A stretch of 64,000 nucleotides of DNA, from the NCBI RefSeq assembly GCF_033153115.1, contig NW_026889803.1:12586001-12650000 (forward strand), given 5' to 3'. A program made the position numbers and the translations under genes. The notes beneath the pieces were generated by a model that did no database searches, was not told the DNA's origin, and saw nothing but the letters and a program-made list of their open reading frames with translations. Position 1 is the first letter of the stretch; each line of letters starts with the position of its first letter. Of the stretch, positions 12,001-23,900 are shown piece after piece. The DNA comes from Saccostrea echinata (taxonomy: Eukaryota).

Positions 12001-13544
12001 GAAATGATATGTTTTTTATTGCTATTTTTCATATTTTTATTGTTTTTTTTTTTATTGGATTCAAACCCCCAGGAAAATGTTTAATGCCTGGGTTGAAACC
12101 CCAAACAAAACCTTTTTAAACATAGAATAATTTTTGCAGAGAGAATTCTCCACAAAGAATTTTCAAACCTTTCAATGATCAGATTATTGCTTCAAATACT
12201 TCGTTCACAAAGACAATTTAATTTTTATACACTTGAAGCTATAAGCATTTTCACGTCTAATTCGTCCATGTTCTTTTTAAAAGATAGGTCTTTGGGCTAG
12301 GGTTTTGGCACTATCCAGGAAAAATTGTTTATAGTATATTGTTAACTTTTAATTTCCTTATTCTTTTCAGTAGTCCATAACAGAGCCATCAAAGACTAAG
12401 GATGTTGATGACGTAAGTATCACATACATGTATAAAGGAAAGCATGATAGATAAACTTGCTTCCAATATTTCATTGATAGATTTGTACATGGAATATGTA
12501 GAATTGTACATTATAGAATGTATGCCATGCACATTCTTCATAATATTACACTGAAAATCATTCGTATGATGAATGAATGTAATATGAATTTCAACATGTA
12601 AATCTTCTTTATTATATCACTAGATACAATATCTAATTTAGATATACACGGAACAAATTGTTGTTATCATTTGATATATAAATACTGAATGTAAATTATA
12701 AACTAAGGAGTATTAATCACACAGAATGACACATCAGAAGCATGTACCCAAGAAGTGACTGCATTGTCCTCCACTGACGAGACTCGTCCTAATCCTATAG
12801 ATGATGGACAGAAAGCTGTAGTTGAAAGGGTACGTATAATTCAATGATTTTCATTAAGTAAACTTTTTTTTCTTTCAGTTAGCGTAACCTTTTCAAGAAC
12901 TTATGAATAAACCTTGGCAATTTATGTGTTTCAATAATATTTCCTTCTGACACAATTAAGTGTTGAAAATCTTTTCTAGAACATGTAAATACATTAGTTT
13001 CATGAATTAATACCAAGTGTGTTTTGTTCAGATAATTGATGGACTGACAGAGTTTGAGAAGTTAGCAGACGACAAGGTAGAGGGGAACATCCCCGGGGAC
13101 AGCAGTGGTGATAGCAATGGGCTCCAACGGGTTAGCGACTGTTCTTCAACCCCACTCACAGACATACAGACAGAGGATAAGGTATGGAAAGATTATAATA
13201 ATCAAACACATCTATATATTTATTATAATATATTTGTTTTATTAGTGTTTGTGTCTGTGATATATATAATTTCGTTTTGTTTATAGGACAAGTCTACCCG
13301 GAAGCGGAAGAGGCCAGATTGCTCTTTTACGCCTTCAAAGAGACTGAAGTCTGCATTGGTATGCATAATTACTTTTTTTTAAACTATACGTTTAAAGTCT
13401 TTTTCATTGCTGTCCCCTTTGATGGAATAAATTTCACTGATTTCTAATTTGATTAATTGTATAATTGTGTTTTCTACGTAGTTTGCACCAGCCGAGATTG
13501 AAGTACAGTGCCTGGTGCGGAAGTTTGCCGCCATGAGCGTGTAA
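3088..13544 (+). CDS. Uncharacterised low-complexity protein with three Trp/Arg-rich repeats, NLS-like and NES-like motifs (gene A, about 326 aa)
   Basis: Phase-0 GT-AG exons: 3088-3111 MHESTDMR; 4641-4700 KCDDPAKASPETTTPPSFDE; 4841-4915 VVAKWRKRPWRYNRVWRKDQKWTRE; 5161-5250 GLTPSEHQKAPIVSKEQSDQPTRVVPVPKQ; 5382-5441 KLDDLSKELETTTSPPWPDE; 5606-5680 VVPKRRKRPWRYNKVWSKDRKWTRE; 5958-6047 EQTQPQKVQPSAPVQKEQPTKVVPVRAPKQ; 6294-6371 PEPPKFLRRYWRINRFWRKDMVWTKK; (possible 11231-11362); 12374-12412 SITEPSKTKDVDD; 12725-12829 NDTSEACTQEV...KAVVER; 13032-13181 IIDGLTEFEK...QTEDK; 13287-13358 DKSTRKRKRPDCSFTPSKRLKSAL; 13482-13544 FAPAEIEVQCLVRKFAAMSV*. The first 8 exons are conserved with splice sites in paralog B. 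Confidence 0.8.
4261..4601. mobile_element. Degenerate MITE-like insertion in intron 1 of gene A
   Basis: Poly-G tracts near both ends and decayed termini (cagacataatagtatc ... gtactaagtgccatg). Absent from the aligned intron of paralog B, whose flanks (actc.ttat..aactaaaaa / atg..cttta) join directly. No clean TSD seen. Confidence 0.45.
8316..8567. mobile_element. hAT-like MITE (252 bp) nested in the 4.6-kb element
   Basis: TIR CACAGGTGCTTGGG / CCCAAGCACCTGTG with a perfect 8-bp TSD CTTCATAT (8308-8315, 8568-8575). Confidence 0.9.
9119..9251. other. Assembly gap (133 N)
   Basis: Run of N. Confidence 1.
9709..9872. mobile_element. MITE (164 bp) with CARTGGCGG termini and 5-bp TSD, nested in the 4.6-kb element
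   Basis: Left CAATGGCGGATTTAG, right reverse complement CAGTGGCGGTTCCAG. TGTAC duplicated at 9704-9708 and 9873-9877. Confidence 0.8.
11551..12277. mobile_element. ~720-bp MITE-like element, copy 1 (gene A intron)
   Basis: Colinear similarity to 61751-62456 (ttgaaatta..., aaagggcaaa.atgatcat, gtggtctagtggtt, tgcctgggttgaaaccc, ttgaagctata.gcatttt) and decayed TIRs. Confidence 0.6.
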
Positions 13545-14749
13545 GCCCCAGTAGAAGTATAGAATCGTTTATCTGTGTGACAGTAGACCTCTAACTGTGT
13601 GGTTTGGCTTAGAGGGATTTAGATAATTGATACTATACCTTTTTGTAAATATATGTACATAGTTCTGTATAGTTTTTAATCATGAATTTTAATGTACATG
13701 CTATAATTGTTCTTATTTCAGACCTATATTTATTTTTTTTAACAGTGAATTCATAATATATTTTGTTTGTTTGTTTTTCTTATTTATTTTATTCATTTAT
13801 GCATGTTTGTTGTTGTGTTTTATTTTAAAGTATTTATTTTAAAATTTTTGACTTTGAATTCGTTATAAATTATAAGAATGATTTTTTTTTCTAATCAATA
13901 CCTTCTTTTCAATTTCCTTTTTAAAAAAAATGTTTCAATTAATTGTTTTACAATATTTTATTTTTTCTTTAGATAAAAACTTTAATGATTGTTTTTCATT
14001 TTTTCTGCATATTAATTCTCATTTTTGGTTAATTTTATTCTTGCAACAAAGAATTTTCAGTGTCTTGTTTTATCTTTTCATGAAGATTGTAAATACTAGC
14101 TGGATTTTTTCAATAAACATAAAAATCTATTTCTTGTCTTTTAATTTTTTTTTCATACATATCAAAAAATTTAAATTAATTTCAAAGACTCTCTGGTCTG
14201 GAAAAAATTGGGATGAACGACCAGAGAGCTACAAAGTCACCCATAGAAAAAAATATATATTTATTGCGCACAAAAAGTGCGCATGCATGTTTCTCAATTC
14301 TTTTCTCCGTCTATTTAATCTGCCATCTCAAAATATTACTAAACATTTATTTCTAACATTCTTTTAAAACAAAATAACCCTCACAACCGTTTTTAATAGC
14401 CCTCCTGGTCCTGAAATTAAGATCGTCGAAAATTTCCTTTATCTATACTGCTGTTTTGGCTGAGAAACTTCCGCACTATAAAATATTTGTATACACTTTT
14501 ATCAACAGGTGGCTTGGAATGTAGTTTCTGGTCGTCAATCCCATTTTTTTTTCAAACCTGCTTGAAATCTGCAGATATCTTACTGATAGCATCGTAAATT
14601 GCAAAAATCATTATAATTAATCACTGACCTTTATATTTACACTCTCACACTACTGTAGTGAAGTACTTGACAAAGTGTACGACACGTAAGAAGGTATGAT
14701 CTTCAAGTTTAATCAAAAGATCGACCACCACCAGGACTACGTTGATGAT

Positions 14750-14755
<6 letters not shown>

Positions 14756-14824
<69 letters not shown>
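14756..14824. repeat. (AT)n microsatellite
   Basis: Uninterrupted TA run of about 69 bp. Confidence 0.98.
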
Positions 14825-14827
<3 letters not shown>

Positions 14828-15470
14828 CCTTAGCTTCTTAAGCATATAATGAGATATAAAGCTGAATCTCTCTACTACCAATACATTCCAGTCTCCACAC
14901 ACAAATATACGCTATGACTATACGATTTGTGGTAAAACAATCAACGTATAGAGGCGGAAAAAGGATAGCATTTTTTTGATATAATCGAAAACCCCTGATG
15001 CATAGCAAGGGTGTGTGTCTTGGATATGACTACATTTTCTGTTTTTCAAACTTATGTAGGAATTCATTTCAATTTTTCTTTTACTTTTATGAAACACATA
15101 GTGTTTTAGGAGTATTCGCGAAAGTAAAGATAGCTGAGGAACAGGGTACAATTTTATTGATAGTTCTGGGTGTCTGTGGCCAATGAGATGCTTATAATGG
15201 GGTCATATCAAACTTATTGACGTTTGTTGAAGCCTTAGCATTGGAAAAGTTTGATGAATTTCATATACATATTATGTGCTTTCGGTGCACAACTTGTTTT
15301 CACCACCAATAAGGTTAGGTTTTGTCCTAAGCCCTAGAATCTTAACCTTACATAAAAAAAATCAACAAATGAACATTTACTAGGATTAGAAAAATATTCC
15401 CGATCTACAGAAGCTTGTAAGAGCAACTCCCTTCCCTCACTCAATCTGTCCCCAGTCTCCTTACTCTCTT

Positions 15471-15525
15471 CACACACACGCACACACTCTCTCTCTCTCT
15501 CAATCTGTGTGTGTGTGTGTGTGTG
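15471..15525. repeat. Compound (CA)n(CT)n...(GT)n microsatellite
   Basis: cacacacacgcacacactctctctctctctcaatctgtgtgtgtgtgtgtgtgtg. Confidence 0.9.
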
Positions 15526-16606
15526 CGGGCAATGCGTTACTATGTTGTAAAAAAACTTTTCCTGTATTATTAAGAAAATATTATTTATAGTCAAACATAA
15601 TTGAAAGTTGTAGTGTTTTAGGTATGTGTAAACTTTTATTGCTAAGAATCACAAAAATCGTTGATCAGATAGGAATCAAAGTACAACGAATTACTTTTAA
15701 AAATTCTGTTGAACATTCTTGAATAATTAATTTGCAAGAGAAATACATCTGTTAATTTATAACCACGAAATAAACCATTGAAACGCACAATGTATCTACA
15801 ACGTTGACGCCAAGAACAAAGACACTGATGGACCACCGACAACACTTTTCACCATTACTTTTTCTTTGACATGTATGTCCGCTTGAAACCATAAATAAAA
15901 CTCTTAAAATTACAACACAGTGTTAACCAAAATATAAAGACTTAGAGTATGACATTTCTGTCAAATCTGCTAAATTTTTTGTGACCATTATGATTTTGTT
16001 TTATCAGGTGTATCTCTATTATAACCTCGTCAATATCTTTATCAGGCAAAAAGTTTTGTTATATTTTATGGTTACCGTGGCTACATGCTCTAAAGTTTAA
16101 AAAAAAACAGTATTTTTGAACATGCTCAGGATTCCTTTACTAACATTATAGTAAGACTTTGCTTACAGTGACTGTGTCCAAAAGTTGAAAACTTAACTTC
16201 TCTAATTTGGAAGATAAGAATATTTAGGCAAGCTTTTAATATGTGACTAAGGAAACAAAGTACTGAATAATTTTTTCCTACATTTTGATAATTACAGTGT
16301 AAATAAGAGCAAACATGAGATCAAATTTATCCAAATAATAGATTAAGAATCTAGTAACATATTTTGAGGACGAAATTTAATATTATTTACTCTAAGTATT
16401 GGTCGCTATGGCAATAAATTCTAGAAGAGATTTCTGCATAAATTCTCTTTATGTTCTTATTTGTTTCTACTCTTTTTATGGAGCACAGTTTTTAATAACA
16501 GGAAAGCATTTTTATCACGGCAAAGTTATGTTCTAAAATTCTACATTTCAGACATTCGAACTTATCGTACAAAAAGCGTTGCTTTAGAAAATATACATTT
16601 ATGAAA

Positions 16607-17140
16607 ACAAGAAGTCCATGGGACACAACGTTCACCTGAGTCACCATGGCCCGGCTAATTTTTAGGGAAAAAAAATTATCCTCTTTATTCAGATCCAAAA
16701 AATCATTTATATTAACCAGCTTTAAAGGTTGAGGCTATCTGCTAGCTGGCAGGAGTTATCTCTCCATAAGTGTTTACGAGTTATCTCGCATTACAACCTT
16801 AATACTTTCATTACGGAAAATTTAGCCCCACCCTTACTTCAGGTTCCTTAATTTGAAAAAAAAAAATCAACAGAACTTAAAAAATATTAGCATAATGATA
16901 TGATATGGTATGGACTTTCTTCTCTTGATCCCGTATTCAGACTTGAATCTACACTAATCATGGTCCTGCTGTTTTTCATAAGAGTTTCACTATATAGTAC
17001 CATTTAAAAATTTGATTTCCTATTGTGAGTAATCATGGACCTACTGTTCTTCAGAAAAAAATGAAGAATTTTCCCTATATATATTCCTATGTACAACTTT
17101 GATCCCCTGGTTTGGCCCAACCTACCCCCAAGGATCTTAG
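16607..17140. mobile_element. Left part of a non-autonomous Helentron-type (HINE-like) element with Cg170-like satellite remnants
   Basis: Terminus ACAAGAAGTCCATGGGACACAACGTTCACCTGAG with subterminal IR TCACCTGAG. Internal satellite-like motifs acttgaatctacacta, aaaatttgatttcctattgtg, tttgatcccctggtttggcccaacctacccccaaggatc. Family assignment is from recognition of the motifs, not from a search. Confidence 0.75.
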
Positions 17141-17436
17141 CTGGGAATCATTCTTAATGCTTAATTCTTAAGTTAAAAATAAATTCTTTCTTAAGAAAAA
17201 ATTCTCAAGTCATAATCATATAAATTTTAAGCGCAATTCTTAGTTAAGTTTAATTCTGCGAAAATTAGAACACTTAAGTCCCCTAGTAACGCATAAAAAT
17301 TACCAAATAAAAAGTGCACTCTTCTGTGATGGAGGAATTAAGTATAGCATGGTTCCTAATGAAAGATTAAGATTTCTTCTGTGTACTATTAGTTTTATTT
17401 TGTTAAAGAAAACTTAAGTATTTCTTATCTACATGC

Positions 17437-17867
17437 ATCTGTGTAAATCACAATTGGGACGGAGTTAGTTGCATGAAAATGGTTTCAAAATAAAACTTTA
17501 TTTCTTTACAGTGTTTGAGAATGCAATTTTTGTAGGAAGATATAGCAGTTGCAAAGGTGTGAGAGAGTAATTGCACGTGCTCAGTGCAGTTCCAAACAAT
17601 ATACACACAACAAGTTCCATATTTCTTTCTGCTGTGAAGAAGTAAATACAAGGTCATTGTTGCAGTCTTTGAAAAGTAACTGTTTTGTCAGCTGAGCTCT
17701 AGTCATCACGTGACCAGTAACCGTACAGCGCTATCAATAGAAAACGTGAAAGTTCTTATAATTACCGACGCTTTAGACTTACAGTGTATGTAGATAAATG
17801 ATTTTTCAACGGTAACTGTCATTACACTTTTGCATGAATGTTAGATACTTTGCAGCGCATTGCGGCT

Positions 17868-17942
<75 letters not shown>

Positions 17943-20900
17943 AATCTTCTCTGTGACTCCACTTTTGTTCTGACTTAATTTTTAAAATTTATTTTCCATA
18001 TATGGGATTGAGAGGTGAAAATTTGAAAATTGGGCAGCATCTTAACAAACAACTTTAAATTTCACATCTTAACATTTTCATGTGCCAAAAATAAATAAAT
18101 AAATTCAGATGTTTGACTATATTAGACATAAACCAAAGTCAAATAAAATATGTGAGTTTCCAAGTCTAAACTGCGGCATTATACTTATGTCATTCGAAGA
18201 AAGATCACCAGAGATTTGAAGTGTTCATTCTACAACAAATAATTTTAATTTGTGCATATAAAGCGGTTTAATTCTTGTCGAACAAGGCAAAGTTTTGAGA
18301 ATACCCGAAGTCAGCAAAAGAAAGAGCATTCAATACATCTCAATGATTCGCAATAGCCTGAGTAAATTTTATATAGATACATGTATAAGATCATTGGCCT
18401 TGTCATGATTTGCATATTGCCGTTTTTAGGAGCATTTTTATTTCTAAATTTTAAAAATTATTTGTGCATAAATAATTTTAGAGAGTGCTACTGTTATCTA
18501 TTTGTCATTGTGTTCTGCAGGTTTCATGCATTTCGCTCGACCCAGTTAATCCAAATAAAGTCAGGTTGTACCTAAATATATTATTTCAAAAGAAATTCAT
18601 GCATGGGCAATGAAATTCAAAGACACGTACTGAAATACGGAATAAGAAGGGGGATCTTTTAGCCGATAAACATTTTCATATTATTTTTGACTTAATTGAA
18701 GATAATCCGTATTATTGAATATTTCTGACTTAATGTATCGTTAAGAGTGTTTTTTAAAAATGTTTTTCCTTTACTGACAATGTACTACAAAATGTATTGG
18801 TAAAAACTGACATGCATTAAAAATAAATATCTGCGGATTTCTGTTTGTTTGTTTTATTTGTTTTTTACTTTGAAAAAAAATTAAGTACCTCTTCTCTACC
18901 TCTTATGAAGGGTTTAATATAACGTAGTTTTCGCATCTTTTAACAGTATTTCTTTAGCAAGATAAACTCTCATCATTTCACAATGAACTTGCGCAATAAA
19001 ATTAGCTTCATTTCTTTGATCGTTGTTCTTACATCGTTCAAAGGGAGATCATTTGAATACAGCCAGAGTTACCTTATGCAAATTTCACAAAATAACAGTT
19101 AAGCATTTGAAAGATTAGTATAAATGCGAGATTTCTGAGGGTGGTGGTGGGATAATCTCTAAAAGGTTATTAACAAAAATTCTCTGCTTCTTTCTAATAA
19201 AGAAGGCACATTCACGCACATGTATCGGAAAGTGCACATGCATGCATAGTGCTGCAAATGCAGCCTGTGTACCCAAAATGTGCACCATCAACAACACTCG
19301 TACTTATTTCAAAGTTTCACAAATTGATTCATTTTTTTTTTTCAAAACCTCGGATATTTTAATCCTAAGATACTTTCCTTTATTTATACAAATGAGTTAT
19401 CTTTGTAAATCAGAATTGGGACGGAGTTAGTTGCATGAAAATGGTTTCAAAATAAAACTTTTTCTTTACAGTGTTTGAGAATGCAATTTGTGTAGGAAGA
19501 TATAGCAATTGCAAAGGTGTGAGAGAGTAATTGCACGTGCTCAGTGCAGTTCCAAACAATATACACACAACAAGTTCCCGATTTCTTTCTGCTGTGAAGA
19601 AGTAAATACAAGGTCATTGTTGCAGTCTTTGAAAAGTAACTGTTTTGTCAGCTGAGCTCTAGTCATCACGTGACCAGTAACCGTTCAGCGCTATCAATAG
19701 AAAACGTGAAAGCTCTTATAATTACCGACGCTTTAGACTTATGTAGAATTTTGTGTAGATGCATGTATAAGATCATTGGCCTAGTCATGATTTGCATATT
19801 GCTCTTTTTAGGAGCATTTTTATTTCTAAATTTTAAAAATTATTTGTGAATAAATAATTTTAGAGAGTTCTACTGTTATCTATTTGTCATTGTGTTCTGC
19901 AGGTTTCATGCATTTCGCTCGACCCAGTTAATCAAAATTAAGTCAGTTTGTGTCTAAATATTCTATTTCCAAAAAAATTTATGCATGGGCAATGAAATTC
20001 AAAAACACGTACTGAAATACGGAATAAAAAGGGGGGTCTTTTAGCCGATAAACATTTTCATATTATTTTTGACTTAATTGAAGATCATCTTTATTATTGA
20101 ATATTTCTGACTTAATGTATCGTTAAGAGTGTTGTTGTTTTAAAAATGTTTTTCCTTTACTGACAATGTACTACAAAATGTATTGGTAAAAACTGACATG
20201 CATTAAAAATAAATATCTGCGGATTTCTGTTTGTTTGTTTTATTTGTTTTTTACTTTGAAAAAAAATTAAGTACCTCTTCTCTACCTCTTATGAAGGGTT
20301 TAATATAACGTAGTTTTCGCATCTTTTAACAGTATTTCTTTAGCAAGATAAACTCTCATCATTTCACAATGAACTTGCGCAATAATATTAGCTTCATTTC
20401 TTTGATCGTTGTTCTTACATCGTTCAAAGGGAGATCATTTGAATACAGCCAGAGTTACCTTATGCAAATTTCACAAAATAACAGTTAAGCATTTGAAAGA
20501 TTAGTATAAATGCGAGATTTCTGAGGGTGGTGGTGGGATAATTTCTAAAAAGTTATTAACAAAAATTCTCTGCTTCTTTCTAATAAAGAAGGCACATTCA
20601 TGCACATGTATCGGAAAGTGCACATGCATGCATAGTGCTGCAAATGCAGCCTGTGTACCCAAAATGTGCACCATCAACAACACTCGTACTTATTTCAAAG
20701 TTTCACAAATTGATTCATTTTTTTTTTCAAAACCTCGGATATTTTAATCCTAAGATACTTTCCTTTATTTATACAAATGAGTTATCTTTGTAAATCAGAA
20801 TTGGGACGGAGTTAGTTGCATGAAAATGGTTTCAAAATAAAACTTTTTCTTTACAGTGTTTGAGAATGCAATTTGTGTAGGAAGATATAGCAATTGCAAA

Positions 20901-23900
20901 GGTGTGAGAGAGTAATTGCACGTGCTCAGTGCAGTTCCAAACAATATACACACAACAAGTTCCCGATTTCTTTCTGCTGTGAAGAAGTAAATACAAGGTC
21001 ATTGTTGCAGTCTTTGAAAAGTAACTGTTTTGTCAGCTGAGCTCTAGTCATCACGTGACCAGTAACCGTTCAGCGCTATCAATAGAAAACGTGAAAGCTC
21101 TTATAATTACCGACGCTTTAGACTTATGTAGAATTTTGTGTAGATGCATGTATAAGATCATTGGCCTAGTCATGATTTGCATATTGCTCTTTTTAGGAGC
21201 ATATTTATTTCTAAATTTTAAAATTATTAGTGCATAAATAATTTTAGAGAGTTCTACTGTTATCTATTTGTCATTGTGTTCTGCAGGTTTCATGCATTTT
21301 GCCCGACCCAGTTAATCAAAATTAAGTCAGTTTGTACCTAAATATATTATTTCAAAAGAAATTCATGCTTGGGCAATGAAATTCAAAGACACGTACTGAA
21401 ATACGGAATAAAAAGGGGGGTCTTTTAGCCGATAAACATTTTCATATTATTTTTGACTTAATTGAAGATAATCCGTATTATTGAATATTTCTGACTTAAT
21501 GTATCGTTAAGAGTGTTTTTTAAAAATGTTTTTCCTTTACTGACAATGTACTACAAAATGTATTGGTAAAAACTGACATGCATTAAAAATAAATATCTGC
21601 GGATTTCTGTTTGTTTGTTTTATTTGTTTTTTACTTTGAAAAAAAATTAAGTACCTCTTCTCTACCTCTTATGAAGGGTTTAATATAACGTAGTTTTCGC
21701 ATCTTTTAACAGTATTTCTTTAGCAAGATAAACTCTCATCATCTCACAATGAACTTGCGCAATAATATTAGCTTCATTTCTTTGATCGTTGTTCTTACAT
21801 CGTTCAAAGGGAGATCATTTGAATACAGCCAGAGTTACCTTATGCAAATTTCACAAAATAACAGTTAAGCATTTGAAAGATTAGTATAAATGCGAGATTT
21901 CTGAGGGTGGTGGTGGGATAATCTCTAAAAGGTTATTAACAAAAATTCTCTGCTTCTTTCTAATAAAGAAGGCACATTCACGCACATGTATCGGAAAGTG
22001 CACATGCATGCATAGTGCTGCAAATGCAGCCTGTGTACCCAAAATGTGCACCATCAACAACACTCGTACTTATTTCAAAGTTTCACAAATTGATTCATTT
22101 TTTTTTTCAAAACCTCGGATATTTTAATCCTAAGATACTTTCCTTTATTTATACAAATGAGTTATCTTTGTAAATCAGAATTGGGACGGAGTTAGTTGCA
22201 TGAAAATGGTTTCAAAATAAAACTTTTTCTTTACAGTGTTTGAGAATGCAATTTTTGTAGGAAGATATAGCAATTGCAAAGGTGTGAGAGAGTAATTGCA
22301 CGTGCTCAGTGCAGTTCCAAACAATATACACACAACAAGTTCCCGATTTCTTTCTGCTGTGAAGAAGTAAATACAAGGTCATTGTTGCAGTCTTTGAAAA
22401 GTAACTGTTTTGTCAGCTGAGCTCTAGTCATCACGTGACCAGTAACCGTTCAGCGCTATCAATAGAAAACGTGAAAGCTCTTATAATTACCGACGCTTTA
22501 GACTTATGTAGAATTTTGTGTAGATGCATGTATAAGATCATTGGCCTAGTCATGATTTGCATATTGCTCTTTTTAGGAGCATATTTATTTCTAAATTTTA
22601 AAATTATTAGTGCATAAATAATTTTAGAGAGTTCTACTGTTATCTATTTGTCATTGTGTTCTGCAGGTTTCATGCATTTCGCCCGACCCAGTTAATCAAA
22701 ATTAAGTCAGTTTGTACCTAAATATATTATTTCAAAAGAAATTCATGCATGGGCAATGAAATTCAAAGACACGTACTGAAATACGGAATAAAAAGGGGGG
22801 TCTTTTAGCCGATAAACATTTTCATATTATTTTTGACTTAATTGAAGATAATCCGTATTATTGAATATTTCTGACTTAATGTATCGTTAAGAGTGTTTTT
22901 TAAAAATGTTTTTCCTTTACTGACAATGTACTACAAAATGTATTGGTAAAAACTGACATGCATTAAAAATAAATATCTGCGGATTTCTGTTTGTTTGTTT
23001 TATTTGTTTTTTACTTTGAAAAAAAATTAAGTACCTCTTCTCTACCTCTTATGAAGGGTTTAATATAACGTAGTTTTCGCATCTTTTAACAGTATTTCTT
23101 TAGCAAGATAAACTCTCATCATCTCACAATGAACTTGCGCAATAATATTAGCTTCATTTCTTTGATCGTTGTTCTTACATCGTTCAAAGGGAGATCATTT
23201 GAATACAGCCAGAGTTACCTTATGCAAATTTCACAAAATAACAGTTAAGCATTTGAAAGATTAGTATAAATGCGAGATTTCTGAGGGTGGTGGTGGGATA
23301 ATCTCTAAAAGGTTATTAACAAAAATTCTCTGCTTCTTTCTAATAAAGAAGGCACATTCACGCACATGTATCGGAAAGTGCACATGCATGCATAGTGCTG
23401 CAAATGCAGCCTGTGTACCCAAAATGTGCACCATCAACAACACTCGTACTTATTTCAAAGTTTCACAAATTGATTCATTTTTTTTTTCAAAACCTCGGAT
23501 ATTTTAATCCTAAGATACTTTCCTTTATTTATACAAATGAGTTATCTTTGTAAATCAGAATTGGGACGGAGTTAGTTGCATGAAAATGGTTTCAAAATAA
23601 AACTTTTTCTTTACAGTGTTTGAGAATGCAATTTTTGTAGGAAGATATAGCAATTGCAAAGGTGTGAGAGAGTAATTGCACGTGCTCAGTGCAGTTCCAA
23701 ACAATATACACACAACAAGTTCCCGATTTCTTTCTGCTGTGAAGAAGTAAATACAAGGTCATTGTTGCAGTCTTTGAAAAGTAACTGTTTTGTCAGCTGA
23801 GCTCTAGTCATCACGTGACCAGTAACCGTTCAGCGCTATCAATAGAAAACGTGAAAGCTCTTATAATTACCGACGCTTTAGACTTATGTAGAATTTTGTG

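Noticed and set aside
13545-14120. U-rich 3' UTR with CPE-like TTTTAT/TTTTAAT elements and AATAAA at 14112
   Set aside because: Expected by chance in such AT-rich sequence, and the transcript end is unknown.
13930-14367. 145-aa Phe/Ile-rich ORF
   Set aside because: Low-complexity product of T-rich sequence with no splice or motif support.
14219-14410. Possible MITE with GACCAG(A/G)AG ends
   Set aside because: Inverted match is short and imperfect, and no TSD is visible.
16651-16829. Possible small MITE (GGCTAA(A/T)TTTT ends) inside the left HINE arm
   Set aside because: Termini too degenerate and no TSD, so it cannot be delimited.
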